Shown: positions 16,189-25,317 of the stretch, one piece after another | Position numbering within the stretch: position 1 is the first letter of the stretch | How the letters are laid out: the number at the start of each line of letters is the position of its first letter | Made by a program: the position numbers and the translations under genes | The notes under the pieces: model-generated | Told to the model about the DNA's origin: nothing | The model's input: the letters and a program-made list of their open reading frames with translations, nothing else | Databases searched by the model: none | Source of the DNA: Holosporales bacterium | GTDB taxonomy: Bacteria > Pseudomonadota > Alphaproteobacteria > UBA3830 > JAIRMZ01 | Length of the DNA stretch: 37,400 nt | Assembly (NCBI GenBank): GCA_031255325.1 | Contig: JAIRST010000027.1 | Span: forward strand, 1-37,400 | Direction: 5' to 3'

Positions 16189-18672
16189 ATGCGTTATACT
16201 TCGTTTGCATTTTTATTTATTTTTATAGGGCTTAAAACTGCCTTTGCAGATCCTGTGGTCGTCAGCTCCAATGATCACAATGTTTTGGAAAATGAAGAAG
16301 AATTGCTTGCAAAAGTATTTGGATCGAAGCGAGAGAAAAAAGATGTTTTAATGGAATTTAATTTATTGCTCGATGGGGAAAAAGTTGGGGAAATTATGGT
16401 TATGATTGGAGGAACGAATAAAGTTCTTGCCAAATCCATAAAAGAAGCACTGGTCGACTATTTAGCTGAGGAGGAAATAAAGAAGATAGATGCGGCAAAA
16501 GACGAGAATGGATTCATCTCATTTGAAACTTTGGATCTTTTAAAACTAGATACGAAATTTGATGCGACCAAACTTCAGGTGGAAATCAACGTTCCAGTGA
16601 ACCTAAAAAAGACTAGAGGTATAGAAATAGGTTCAAAAGGCCGTAAAGAAAAGCCTAATGTTACGCCCGCGACTTTCAGTGGATTCACTAATGCACATTT
16701 TTCCAATACCTCACATAGTGGAATGTATAAATCAAACAGCAGAACATTGATTCTGACTCCAGTCATTAATCTTTTGGGAATAACGCTTGAAGGAGAGTGT
16801 TCTTATGAGCAAGATTCAACTTCTAGTAAAAGACGATTTAAAAAGGACTATACAGCACTTGTTTATGATTGGCCAGAAGAAGCTTTGTTATTCCAGATAG
16901 GGGATATATTCAGTCATTCTGTGGATTATCATAGCGTGCCAAAAGTTTTTGGTTTTAGTTTCTATAGAAATTCCCTTTTAAAAAGTGGAGATGACCTTAC
17001 TAATGATATTCCTGTAACTTTGCTAAGACAAAGTACAATTGAAGTATACGTAAATGACGCATTAGTTAAGACTAAGACTAATGTAGCGCCCGGAACATAT
17101 ATCTTAAATAGTATTCCATGTACTTATGGCTTTAACAACGTAAAGATAAAAATCATTGACGACGCGGGAAGAGAGCAATTTCTTAATGCTAACGTATTTC
17201 TTGATAGTTCTTTCGTTAGAAAAGGAGAAAGCTCTTACGGGCTGACTATTGGATATCCAGAAGCAAGCAATAATAAAAAAAACTTTGTTACCTCCGCGTT
17301 TATCAAATATGGATTAATGGCGGCGATAGAGTGTCAGTTGGGAATTCTACTCAACAGAATTGGAAAAACTGTTTCCGCAGGAATAAAAAATAAAAATATA
17401 CTTGGATTCCTAGAAGGAAAGTACGCTCAAAGTAAATACAAAGAAGGGAATATTCAGCCAGAGGGAAAAATTTTTAGCCTTTCCTACATATCGCCATCTT
17501 GGAAAGTTATATTCCCTATTAATCTTGGAATTTCTGTAGAAAAATCTGATCAGTTTTTTTATCCTTATCTTAACACTCTAAAAGATACTAAAGAAGATTC
17601 TGGTAGCTTTTTAAGTCAACAAAAGAACAGAAACGGAGGACATAGTGCTATGCGATGCTCTTTATTTATCAGCGATTTTTTGGGTCTAAACCTTGGCTTT
17701 AACTATGGTGTAGAAAAAAGCTCGGATAACACTCAAAACAGATTTTCTGTTAATGCAACGAAATACATTGCATTTAATAACGAGATCTTTAGCAGCATTC
17801 AACTGCATTGCTCTTTCGAACAAGTCCTTACGCGTGACAAAAAAGCAGATAGAATATTTAGCTTTACTGGCTCTGTTCCCCTAAAGGGCGGTACGACATT
17901 ATCGACGAGAGGCAATAACAAAAGCAGCTATGATTCTTCCATTTCTTATCAACCTCATGATAATGGTTTTGGGTATAATGCGTCTTTTAATAAAAACAAA
18001 GAGTCCAAATCATATATTGCTAATACGAGTTATCGTCATTCACGGTTTAGAGCCAATTTGAATTACAATAGAACAAGCAACTCTTCTCATACAACTCAGG
18101 TTGGATTGGGAACAGGTTTGTTTTTCGTTGATGGGGTGGTTGCTGTAGCGGGAAATGACACAAGTGATGGGGGGTTTGTTATCGTAAGGCCGAAAGGGGC
18201 ATTAGCAAATGAGAATCTTAAGTTCCTCAATAGTTCTGCTGAATCGGGCATTTTAGGAGGAGCTGTTTTATCAGCAGGTAAGAATATAAATTCTTTTCGT
18301 TTGGATTTAAATGAGCTGCTAGACAAAGAGGTGGATCAGGATACGATTGTCGTTCACGGATATTATAAACGAGGTGCTTTAGCAGAAATTTCTGCTGAAG
18401 GAAGTTACATCGCAAAAGGTAAATTACAGGATGCACAGGGAGCAGCAATCACTCTTGCAAGTGGATTTGCTATCTCAAAAACAAATACAGAAGCAGCTCC
18501 TGTTCAATTTTTTACAAATGATGAAGGTATTTTCGCTATAACTAATCTTAATCCCGGGAAGTACAAAGTTACCGTAAATGTGGAGGGGTATGAGGATTTT
18601 GAGATCGAAATACCAGAGTCTGCAGAACAGTTTATTGATTTAGGAACGATCACATGCAAGGATTCTCAATAA
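16189..18672 (+). CDS. Fimbrial usher-like outer-membrane protein (divergent), with C-terminal carboxypeptidase-regulatory-like beta-sandwich
   Basis: The start is trimmed to MRYTSFAFLFIFIGLKTAFA (signal peptide); the ORF track starts at GTG 16135. An N-terminal usher-like block ends in KFDATKLQVEINVP. A plug-like motif TIEVYVNDALVKTKTNVAPGTYILNSIPCTYGFNNVKIKIIDDAGREQ is present. The long middle region is Ser/Asn/Tyr/Gly-rich and barrel-like. C-terminal GIFAITNLNPGKYKVTVNVEGYEDFEIEI. Confidence 0.55.
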   Translation: MRYTSFAFLFIFIGLKTAFADPVVVSSNDHNVLENEEELLAKVFGSKREKKDVLMEFNLLLDGEKVGEIMVMIGGTNKVLAKSIKEALVDYLAEEEIKKIDAAKDENGFISFETLDLLKLDTKFDATKLQVEINVPVNLKKTRGIEIGSKGRKEKPNVTPATFSGFTNAHFSNTSHSGMYKSNSRTLILTPVINLLGITLEGECSYEQDSTSSKRRFKKDYTALVYDWPEEALLFQIGDIFSHSVDYHSVPKVFGFSFYRNSLLKSGDDLTNDIPVTLLRQSTIEVYVNDALVKTKTNVAPGTYILNSIPCTYGFNNVKIKIIDDAGREQFLNANVFLDSSFVRKGESSYGLTIGYPEASNNKKNFVTSAFIKYGLMAAIECQLGILLNRIGKTVSAGIKNKNILGFLEGKYAQSKYKEGNIQPEGKIFSLSYISPSWKVIFPINLGISVEKSDQFFYPYLNTLKDTKEDSGSFLSQQKNRNGGHSAMRCSLFISDFLGLNLGFNYGVEKSSDNTQNRFSVNATKYIAFNNEIFSSIQLHCSFEQVLTRDKKADRIFSFTGSVPLKGGTTLSTRGNNKSSYDSSISYQPHDNGFGYNASFNKNKESKSYIANTSYRHSRFRANLNYNRTSNSSHTTQVGLGTGLFFVDGVVAVAGNDTSDGGFVIVRPKGALANENLKFLNSSAESGILGGAVLSAGKNINSFRLDLNELLDKEVDQDTIVVHGYYKRGALAEISAEGSYIAKGKLQDAQGAAITLASGFAISKTNTEAAPVQFFTNDEGIFAITNLNPGKYKVTVNVEGYEDFEIEIPESAEQFIDLGTITCKDSQ

Positions 18673-18674
18673 GC

Positions 18675-19490
18675 ATGATCAGAAAATCTATAGCGCTTAT
18701 ATTTTTTTTGTTCTTCAATGATAGCCACGCAACGGAGGTGGCGCATGCCCATTTAGATAAATACGATGGTATATTTGAAATCAGGTCTCAAGGACATGTC
18801 GTTGGAAACTTTAAGGTAAGTATTAAAAATGATGGGAAAGTCGCTAAAGAAGGTGAAGAATCCATAGCCTTTACCATACAATTAGAAGATATAAGATTAA
18901 GCACAGATATAACTGGCGTTAACAAATTAAAATGTTCCCATGAAGGCGGCGCTGATCAAGAAATAAATTTACTATCGAAAGATGGAAAATATAGGACGGA
19001 GGATATTCATATTCCTTTAGCTAAATCTTTTTATTCTCAAAAAAGGAATGGTGAATTTAGCGTTACATTGACTTTTCAATTAAGAGGGGTTCCTATTGTA
19101 TTTGATAAAGTTGATATAATAATTGTCCCAGAAATAAATATTGCAGCTGACCGTGATACAGTCGATTTTGGAACATTGTTTTACGATAACAACAGAGTCT
19201 ACGGACCCAATAGAGAAGTTATCCTCTATTACAAAATACTCAATAATGGAAAATGTTTCATTTCTAGCAGGAATGGTTTTTGTTTAAAGCATCCTAATGG
19301 AGATTTGATCGAGTATGCGATCGGAAAAGGCGAATTAGCATTCATTAACCAAAACATAACAATGTTAACGTTGGACGCTCACGGGACAACGTATCGTTTG
19401 GAACTTAATGTCGATAGTTACTCCAGAGATATCCCCTCTTCTGGCAATTACCAAGATTCTCTTACTATATCTTTCTTACCAAATGAATAA
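18675..19490 (+). CDS. Secreted two-domain pilin-like protein (putative tip adhesin, SCPU/Csu-like C-terminal domain)
   Basis: The start is trimmed to MIRKSIALIFFLFFNDSHA (signal peptide), 3 nt after the usher stop. The second half contains VDFGTL and ends in SGNYQDSLTISF. The first half ends in the similar NGEFSVTLTFQL. Both endings resemble the terminal strand of chaperone-usher subunits. Confidence 0.45.
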   Translation: MIRKSIALIFFLFFNDSHATEVAHAHLDKYDGIFEIRSQGHVVGNFKVSIKNDGKVAKEGEESIAFTIQLEDIRLSTDITGVNKLKCSHEGGADQEINLLSKDGKYRTEDIHIPLAKSFYSQKRNGEFSVTLTFQLRGVPIVFDKVDIIIVPEINIAADRDTVDFGTLFYDNNRVYGPNREVILYYKILNNGKCFISSRNGFCLKHPNGDLIEYAIGKGELAFINQNITMLTLDAHGTTYRLELNVDSYSRDIPSSGNYQDSLTISFLPNE

Positions 19491-19724
19491 TGATTGATTG
19501 TATGCGTTAAATATAAGATTTTTCGCTTAAATAGCAATTAGTAAGGGATTGATATGAGCTAACTATACCAACGCCACATGCAACAAAACATGACCTATGC
19601 TTTCCAACGTTCCTGACCTGATTCTCTTACCTGGAACACAGGTATGATAGGCTCTTTCTTAAAATTTCCTATATTCTATTCAATAGTTAATTATACTGGT
19701 GATTCTTGAAATCTTAATATTTTA

Positions 19725-19800
<76 letters not shown>

Positions 19801-19852
19801 GTAATAAACCTGTAAGGTTCGTATAAAAGATCAATGAAAAAAAGTCCAGCTT

Positions 19853-20026
19853 TTACTCATTTTCTTCTTGGGACACGGGAAAACTTATGTCTTTATCGTC
19901 AGGTTTTTCATCCGTTTGTATGCGATACGTTCCTTTAAACCACCGATTCAAATCAATGAGCTGGCACTCTTTTGAACAAAAAGACACACTACCTTGTATT
20001 TTTTTTCCACAAATAGGACACTGCAT
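19853..20026 (-). CDS. yacG: DNA gyrase inhibitor YacG (zinc-finger protein)
   Basis: The start is trimmed to MQCPICGKKIQ. The CPxC...FCSKECQLIDLNRW pattern is the YacG signature. About 57 aa. Confidence 0.75.
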   Translation of the reverse strand: MQCPICGKKIQGSVSFCSKECQLIDLNRWFKGTYRIQTDEKPDDKDISFPVSQEENE

Positions 20027-20061
20027 AAGAGCATACCTCTTAAAAATTAAGGAAGTGTATA

Positions 20062-20610
20062 TTGAAAATCCGTTTCGTTCCAAGACGCTTTCCTATAGTG
20101 GAAAGCACAATCCAACGTTATGGGTGTATTTTCCCTTCACCTATTGGTGAAATGTTGACTCTTTATGCAGGAGACGGAATCGTAGCTCTTGCTTTGACAG
20201 AAGAACGAGGGCGAACGCAAGTTATACAGAATCTTACCAAGTCTTTTGGTGAAATTTCCTTTAAGGAAGGAAATCCTTCTGCTTTTTTTGGCCATATAGA
20301 AAATGGTATTCGATCTTGCATGATAGGCTTTCGTCACGAATCGTTTTTTGCTTATGGAACATCATTTCAAGTGCTTATATGGCAAACTCTTATGACAGTC
20401 CCTTTTGGAAAAACGCTTAGCTACAGTGCCTTAGCAGAAAAAGTAGGATATCCACGCGCTGTGAGAGCTGTGGCTTCCGCTGTTGCCAAGAATCCATTAG
20501 CGGTCGTTATTCCATGCCACCGTATTATAAATAAAAATGGAACTGTTGGGGAATTCCGTTGGGGGGCAAAGACAAAACAGAAGCTTTTAGAGCTGGAACG
20601 AAAAGAGTAA
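20062..20610 (+). CDS. ogt: Methylated-DNA--protein-cysteine methyltransferase (Ogt/MGMT)
   Basis: 182 aa. Active-site IPCHRII; helix-turn-helix TLSYSALAEKVGYPRAVRAVASA; TTG start preceded by AAGGAAG. Confidence 0.88.
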   Translation: MKIRFVPRRFPIVESTIQRYGCIFPSPIGEMLTLYAGDGIVALALTEERGRTQVIQNLTKSFGEISFKEGNPSAFFGHIENGIRSCMIGFRHESFFAYGTSFQVLIWQTLMTVPFGKTLSYSALAEKVGYPRAVRAVASAVAKNPLAVVIPCHRIINKNGTVGEFRWGAKTKQKLLELERKE

Positions 20611-20649
20611 AAGATACGTACATCTTGGCATTAGAAGAAGAGAGACAAT

Positions 20650-21108
20650 GTGCAGAAAGTCATTATTCGAGCTATTGGCTCCTTAAAATCTCCATTTCAA
20701 GAGCTTTTTGAAGAGTTTCGAGAGCGTTTGACCTTTTCTCTTCATGTCGATGTAATTACAGTGAAGAAAAAGCTCCCGAAAGATTATGCTAAAAGACAAG
20801 AAGGAGAGGCTATTCTGCGAAGTTTGCCTGCTGGATCCGTTCTTGTGGCGTTAGATGAACATGGAGAGAACTTCTCTAGTAAGCGTTTTGCAGAATGGAT
20901 CATTGCCTGGATGGAACAGGGCAGTCCTCTTGTTTTTGCCATAGGTGGGGCAGATGGTTTGGATGCGGCTGTCTTGGATCGGGCGCAGAAGAAAATTGCT
21001 TTTGGATGTATGACTTGGCCTCATCAGCTGGTGCGTATAATGCTTATCGAACAGCTGTATCGAGCCCAACAAATAGCGAACAATCATCCCTATCATCGCA
21101 CAGAATAA
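20650..21108 (+). CDS. rlmH: 23S rRNA (pseudouridine1915-N3)-methyltransferase RlmH (SPOUT)
   Basis: 152 aa. N-terminal KVIIRAIGSLK; C-terminal FAIGGADGL...LVRIMLIEQLYRA...HPYH, typical of RlmH. GTG start. Confidence 0.85.
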   Translation: MQKVIIRAIGSLKSPFQELFEEFRERLTFSLHVDVITVKKKLPKDYAKRQEGEAILRSLPAGSVLVALDEHGENFSSKRFAEWIIAWMEQGSPLVFAIGGADGLDAAVLDRAQKKIAFGCMTWPHQLVRIMLIEQLYRAQQIANNHPYHRTE

Positions 21109-21131
21109 ACCCCACGTGAAAATGGGGTTTA
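21106..21131. terminator. Hairpin between convergent rlmH and marR-family genes (possible bidirectional terminator)
   Basis: TAAACCCCA-cgtgaaaa-TGGGGTTTA: perfect 9-bp stem with an 8-nt loop. It overlaps the rlmH stop codon. No strong U-tract on either side. Confidence 0.45.
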
Positions 21132-21145
21132 CGCGCAATTAAGTT

Positions 21146-21595
21146 TTATCGGCGAATTAAGAATTCTGACCAAAAAGCTTCCATTTGCCGTAGAAGATTT
21201 GTAGCATTCTGTAAATCTGCTAATGGAATATTTTTCTCGATAAAGATAGTTACCTGACGATTCATTGCGGCATCGAACTTCTTGTAAAAATCGAGGCCTC
21301 GTGCAGAAAGTTTTACAACAATAGCACGACGATCATGAACAGATACTTCTTGATCGATATATCCATTTTGGATCATTTTCCTAAGATTATAAGAAGCATT
21401 TGATCCAAGATAATATCCACGGTTCGTCAATTCACTAACTGTAAGCTGAGATTTGCCAAGATTGTACAAAATTAAGGCTTGTACATTATTCATATCGTGA
21501 ATTCCCTGGCGATCAAGTTCGTTTTTAACGACTTCCAGAAAAAGTCGATGCAATCTTTCAATAGATGAAACTGTGTCTAAATAAAGATCTTTCAT
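21146..21595 (-). CDS. MarR-family winged-helix transcriptional regulator
   Basis: The start is trimmed to MKDLYLDTV (ATG 21595, preceded by GGGGGGA). The upstream 79 codons of the ORF-track call are AT-rich filler. The wHTH region is NNVQALILYNLGKSQLTVSELTNRGYYLGSNASYNLRKMIQNGYIDQEVSVHDRRAIVVKLS. Confidence 0.8.
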   Translation of the reverse strand: MKDLYLDTVSSIERLHRLFLEVVKNELDRQGIHDMNNVQALILYNLGKSQLTVSELTNRGYYLGSNASYNLRKMIQNGYIDQEVSVHDRRAIVVKLSARGLDFYKKFDAAMNRQVTIFIEKNIPLADLQNATNLLRQMEAFWSEFLIRR

Positions 21596-21658
21596 AAATT
21601 TCCCCCCGTTCTTAAAAATATTTCTAAAACCTTTGAAGTTTTCGCACGTTTTCTTTAA

Positions 21659-21667
21659 ATTGTCAAT
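21659..21667. promoter_or_regulatory. Palindrome ATTGTCAAT, copy 1 (candidate operator; the minus strand reads TTGACA)
   Basis: Perfect 4+1+4 palindrome within the 11-nt word AATTGTCAATC. It lies 64 nt upstream of the marR-family start. The identical 11-mer recurs at 21961-21971. Confidence 0.3.
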
Positions 21668-21961
21668 CAAAAAATTAATTTTTATGCATGTTTTTTTTAT
21701 TAGTAAAATTAAACGAATGTTAGTATGGAATATAATAATTGAATCTATAAATATTTTTATATAAAAAAGCACGCACAAAATACTTTTTTTATTTAATGTG
21801 TAATTTTTCTTGTATCTCTTTAGGATGAGCAATCCTTGTTGGATTTTAATTACGTTTACTCCTTGCTTTGTATTTATTCCAATAAAATTTTTTTAAAATC
21901 TAATACGATACCCTTTTACGATTTTAAAACTTTATGGTAAATCGTGCTAGGATTTTATACA

Positions 21962-21970
21962 ATTGTCAAT
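21962..21970. promoter_or_regulatory. Palindrome ATTGTCAAT, copy 2 (candidate operator upstream of proC)
   Basis: The same 11-nt word AATTGTCAATC, about 74 nt upstream of the proC ATG. A TATGAT -10-like hexamer follows at 21997-22002. Confidence 0.3.
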
Positions 21971-22043
21971 CTGCATTGCTGAAAATTATTTCTCTTTATG
22001 ATACATTTACTATTTGGTTATAGAAAATCGCAAGAGGGGCCTC

Positions 22044-22838
22044 ATGAATATTCTTCTTATAGGATGTGGAAATATTGGTGGAGCTTTGCTTAAGCTTTGG
22101 GTAGCTTTAGATGTTGCTGATAAGATCATCGTTGTGCAACCCAGCTTGTCATCTGCTTGTGATTTTGATCAATACAGTAAAGTTGCATTTGTCCGCGATG
22201 TGCACGCTATTCCCAAAGATTTTTCTCCAGACGGAATCGTTCTAGCTATCAAACCTCAAATAGCAGCTTTTGTTGCACCTAATTTATGTTCCTATATGGA
22301 AAATGCTATTTTAATATCTATGCTTGCAGGCACTTCATTGAGCAGACTAGAAGACTTAACATCTCATAAAAGTAAAATCATCAGAATGATGCCAACAGTT
22401 GCTATCAAAACGCAACAAAGTGTTAATCTTGCTTTTGCCAACAGAAACGCGAACCACGATAGCAGAAGCATTGTGAAAAAAATAATAGAAATATCTGGGG
22501 AAATTATTTGGGTCAAAGAAGAGAAACATATAGACATTTTAACACCTATCTCTGGGGCAGGTCCTGCATATTTTTTCCTATTGGCGGAAATTCTAATAGA
22601 GGAAACGATTAAATTTGGAATAGATGAAAATATAGCGCGTTCCATCATTCAACGACTATTTATAGGAAGCGCTAGCATTGCCGCTCATACCGCAAATTTT
22701 GCTTCTCTAAGACAATCGGTCGCAAGCAAAAAGGGGGTTACAGAAGCGGCGTTGGAAATTATGTCTTCTGGAATGCGCGCTGTTATACAGCACTCTCTGC
22801 AAAAAGCCCTAATACGTCTAAAAGAACTGCAAAGATGA
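22044..22838 (+). CDS. proC: Pyrroline-5-carboxylate reductase
   Basis: The start is trimmed to MNILLIGCGNIGGALL (Rossmann GxGxxG), preceded by AAGAGGGG. C-terminal SKKGVTEAALE block. The stop overlaps the proB ATG (ATGA). Confidence 0.85.
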   Translation: MNILLIGCGNIGGALLKLWVALDVADKIIVVQPSLSSACDFDQYSKVAFVRDVHAIPKDFSPDGIVLAIKPQIAAFVAPNLCSYMENAILISMLAGTSLSRLEDLTSHKSKIIRMMPTVAIKTQQSVNLAFANRNANHDSRSIVKKIIEISGEIIWVKEEKHIDILTPISGAGPAYFFLLAEILIEETIKFGIDENIARSIIQRLFIGSASIAAHTANFASLRQSVASKKGVTEAALEIMSSGMRAVIQHSLQKALIRLKELQR

Positions 22839-23905
22839 AAATTGTTATAAAAATAGGAACACAAAGTCTTCTGTCAGAACAAGGCACTCCACGAGAATCT
22901 GTGTTCAACGCGTTGGTAGAACAGATCGTGCACCTTAAAAAAGATAAGCACAAGATCGTTCTTGTAAGTTCCGGAGCGGTTTGCCTGGGGAGACAGGTTG
23001 CAAGGCATCTTTTAAATAAAGAGTACGGAAGCTCTATTGGCGAAAAGCAATTGCTTGCTTCTTTAGGGCAGCATGAGCTTATGGGTGTATATGTCTCTTT
23101 ATTTAAACAATATGGAATAGCTGTTTCTCAGGTATTACTGACAAAGCAAGATTTTGAAACGAGAAAGAAATACTTCAACATTAAAAGAATATGGGAAGAA
23201 TTATTTTTTAATAACAGGATCATTCCCATCGTCAATGAAAATGATAGCGTTGCCATAGAAGAGCTTATGTTTACGGATAACGATGAGCTGTCTGGGCTGA
23301 TCGCTTCTCAAATTGGCGCAGATAAGCTGATAATCCTCAGCAACGTGGAAGGGGTATATGCAGGACCTCTGACAGACAAAGGCCCCAAGCTTCTTCCCAT
23401 GATAGATCCTAAAACCAATTGGCCAACGATTTCTATTTCTAAAAGTACGCATGGGCGTGGCGGCATGTTCAGTAAGGTAAACACGGCGCGTCGTGTTTCT
23501 GCCGTTGGGGTGACAACTCATATAGCAGGCGCAGCACATCCCCATGTGCTCGAAGAAATAGTGGCCGGTAAACAGGTGGGAACGGTTATCCCTCCATCTA
23601 AAAAAGAATCGAGCCTTAAAAGGTGGATCGCTTGCAATGGGGGCCATGCAGAAGCAGCCATTATCATTGATCATAAATTATGCGCTCTTTTAAAAAACAA
23701 AAGCGAAGAAGTTAGCCTTTTACCAGTTGGTATAAAAAGCTATACAGGAAGATTTAAAAAGGGCGACATCATTAAAATTATGTCGTTAGAAGGTAACACT
23801 GTGGGAATAGGTGTGGCACGGTATGGAGACAAAAAGCTGAAGGAGTTTCTTGGTCAAAAAAATAAATCGATGTTTATCCATTGTGATTATTTACATGTTT
23901 TTTAA
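22835..23905 (+). CDS. proB: Glutamate 5-kinase (with C-terminal PUA-like domain)
   Basis: 356 aa. N-terminal KIVIKIGTQSL and VLVSSGAV amino-acid-kinase blocks, plus FTDNDELS. The C-terminal ~90 aa (GDIIKI...GIGVARY) is PUA-like. Confidence 0.88.
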   Translation: MKIVIKIGTQSLLSEQGTPRESVFNALVEQIVHLKKDKHKIVLVSSGAVCLGRQVARHLLNKEYGSSIGEKQLLASLGQHELMGVYVSLFKQYGIAVSQVLLTKQDFETRKKYFNIKRIWEELFFNNRIIPIVNENDSVAIEELMFTDNDELSGLIASQIGADKLIILSNVEGVYAGPLTDKGPKLLPMIDPKTNWPTISISKSTHGRGGMFSKVNTARRVSAVGVTTHIAGAAHPHVLEEIVAGKQVGTVIPPSKKESSLKRWIACNGGHAEAAIIIDHKLCALLKNKSEEVSLLPVGIKSYTGRFKKGDIIKIMSLEGNTVGIGVARYGDKKLKEFLGQKNKSMFIHCDYLHVF

Positions 23906-23917
23906 GGATAGATAACC

Positions 23918-25168
23918 ATGACGGTTCTTGATCACATCAAACGAGCCAAAAAGCTCAGTTACGAAGCGGTTTCTTTAAAGGCTGCTCTGCGCGATCGTGT
24001 TTTATGCTCCTTAGCGCAAGAGCTGCATGCTTCAACCGATGTTATCATAGCGGAGAATGCTAAAGATTTGGCCGCTCTTGCTCCGAATGATCCAATGTTC
24101 GATCGGCTATTGCTTAACAAAACAAGGATAGAAAATATCGCGACAGACATAGAAAAAGTAGCTACTTTACCTTTTTCTTTGGGACAGGTATTAGAACACA
24201 AAATCATGCCAAACGGGTTAATCCTCGACAAGGTCTCGGTGCCGTTAGGAGTTGTTGCTGTTATTTATGAATCTAGGCCTAATGTGACCTTAGATGTTTT
24301 TTCTTTATGTTTTAAATCTGGAAACAGCTGTGTTTTAAGAGGTGGCAAGGATGCTTTTTACAGTAATGTTATGTTAGTAAAAATTATTCAAAAAGTTTTG
24401 ATCACCTATGAGATTGATCCAGACTTTGTGTACCTTCTGCCTCCTGAACGAGAAAATATAAAAATTCTGTTAAAGGCAACTGGATTCGTGGACATTTGTA
24501 TTCCTAGAGGAGGCCAGTCCCTTATTGATTTTGTCAGAAACAACGCAAGAGTCCCTGTGATAGAAACAGGAGCCGGCATCGTGCATACTTACTTTGATAC
24601 AGAAGGAGATATAGAAAAAGGTGCAAAAATTATCAACAACGCAAAAACGCGCAGAGTCAGTGTCTGTAATGCTCTTGATTGCCTTATCGTACACAAATCC
24701 AGGCTAAAGGATTTATATAGCTTGATTGCGCCTTTGCAAGAATCTGGCGTCGAAGCCTACGCTGATAGAGCCGCTTACACTATACTATTATCAAAATATG
24801 CGCAGCCGCTCTTGCAGCTAGCTACAGCTAATGATTTTGGTAAAGAATTTCTTTCATACAAAATGTCGATAAAAACAGTGGATTCCGTTGATGAGGCCAT
24901 TGAGCACATAGGGAAGTATACTTCAGGACATAGCGAGGCTATCATCACCGAAAATCCAGATACAGCGCAATATTTTGTTGATAGAATCGATGCAGCGGCG
25001 GTTTATATCAATGCATCCACTGCTTTTACAGATGGTGCTCAATTCGGTATGGGGATAGAAGTAGGTATTAGCACTCAGAAACTCCATGCACGAGGCCCTA
25101 TGGCTCTAGAATCCTTAACGAGCTATAAGTGGATCATTCACGGCGCAGGACACATTCGTTCTTGTTAA
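23918..25168 (+). CDS. proA: Gamma-glutamyl phosphate reductase
   Basis: 416 aa. ALDH-like fold with catalytic Cys context RRVSVCNALDCLIVH, plus YESRPNVT and IPRGG blocks. AAGGA Shine-Dalgarno. Confidence 0.9.
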   Translation: MTVLDHIKRAKKLSYEAVSLKAALRDRVLCSLAQELHASTDVIIAENAKDLAALAPNDPMFDRLLLNKTRIENIATDIEKVATLPFSLGQVLEHKIMPNGLILDKVSVPLGVVAVIYESRPNVTLDVFSLCFKSGNSCVLRGGKDAFYSNVMLVKIIQKVLITYEIDPDFVYLLPPERENIKILLKATGFVDICIPRGGQSLIDFVRNNARVPVIETGAGIVHTYFDTEGDIEKGAKIINNAKTRRVSVCNALDCLIVHKSRLKDLYSLIAPLQESGVEAYADRAAYTILLSKYAQPLLQLATANDFGKEFLSYKMSIKTVDSVDEAIEHIGKYTSGHSEAIITENPDTAQYFVDRIDAAAVYINASTAFTDGAQFGMGIEVGISTQKLHARGPMALESLTSYKWIIHGAGHIRSC

Positions 25169-25191
25169 TAAATGTGGCTTTAGAAATGAAG

Positions 25192-25206
25192 CATTGGTTG
25201 CCAATG
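25192..25206 (+). terminator. Weak hairpin after proA
   Basis: CATTGG-TTG-CCAATG followed by TTATTGTATTTG. A 6-bp stem only. Confidence 0.3.
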
Positions 25207-25317
25207 TTATTGTATTTGAGACAAAAAAATAAATATCTCTAAAAAGTCAAGAAGAAACTATCATAACACGCATCTTTGTTGCACCTTTTAGGAAAACCCT
25301 ATTAGCGATTGATGTCG

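Noticed and set aside
17275-18699. Homopolymer tracts A8 (17275-17282, in the usher) and T8 (18692-18699, in the signal peptide of the adhesin-like gene), considered as slipped-strand phase-variation switches
   Set aside because: Runs of 7-8 A/T also occur in housekeeping genes and spacers of this AT-rich window (for example in ogt and at 15766-15772). The length is borderline for efficient slippage.
21596-21832. N-terminal 79 codons of the track ORF for the MarR-family gene; similar 5' extensions exist for the lipoprotein, yacG, proC, BON protein, usher and adhesin ORFs
   Set aside because: The extensions are AT-rich filler (Ile/Lys/Asn/Phe). Internal starts are supported by ribosome-binding sites, signal peptides or lipoboxes, or by homologous N-termini.
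21596-22013. CtrA-type TTAA-N7-TTAA sites and an origin-like AT-rich region between marR and proC
   Set aside because: Only imperfect matches such as TTAA-N7-TTAG were found. In DNA this AT-rich such half-sites are expected by chance.
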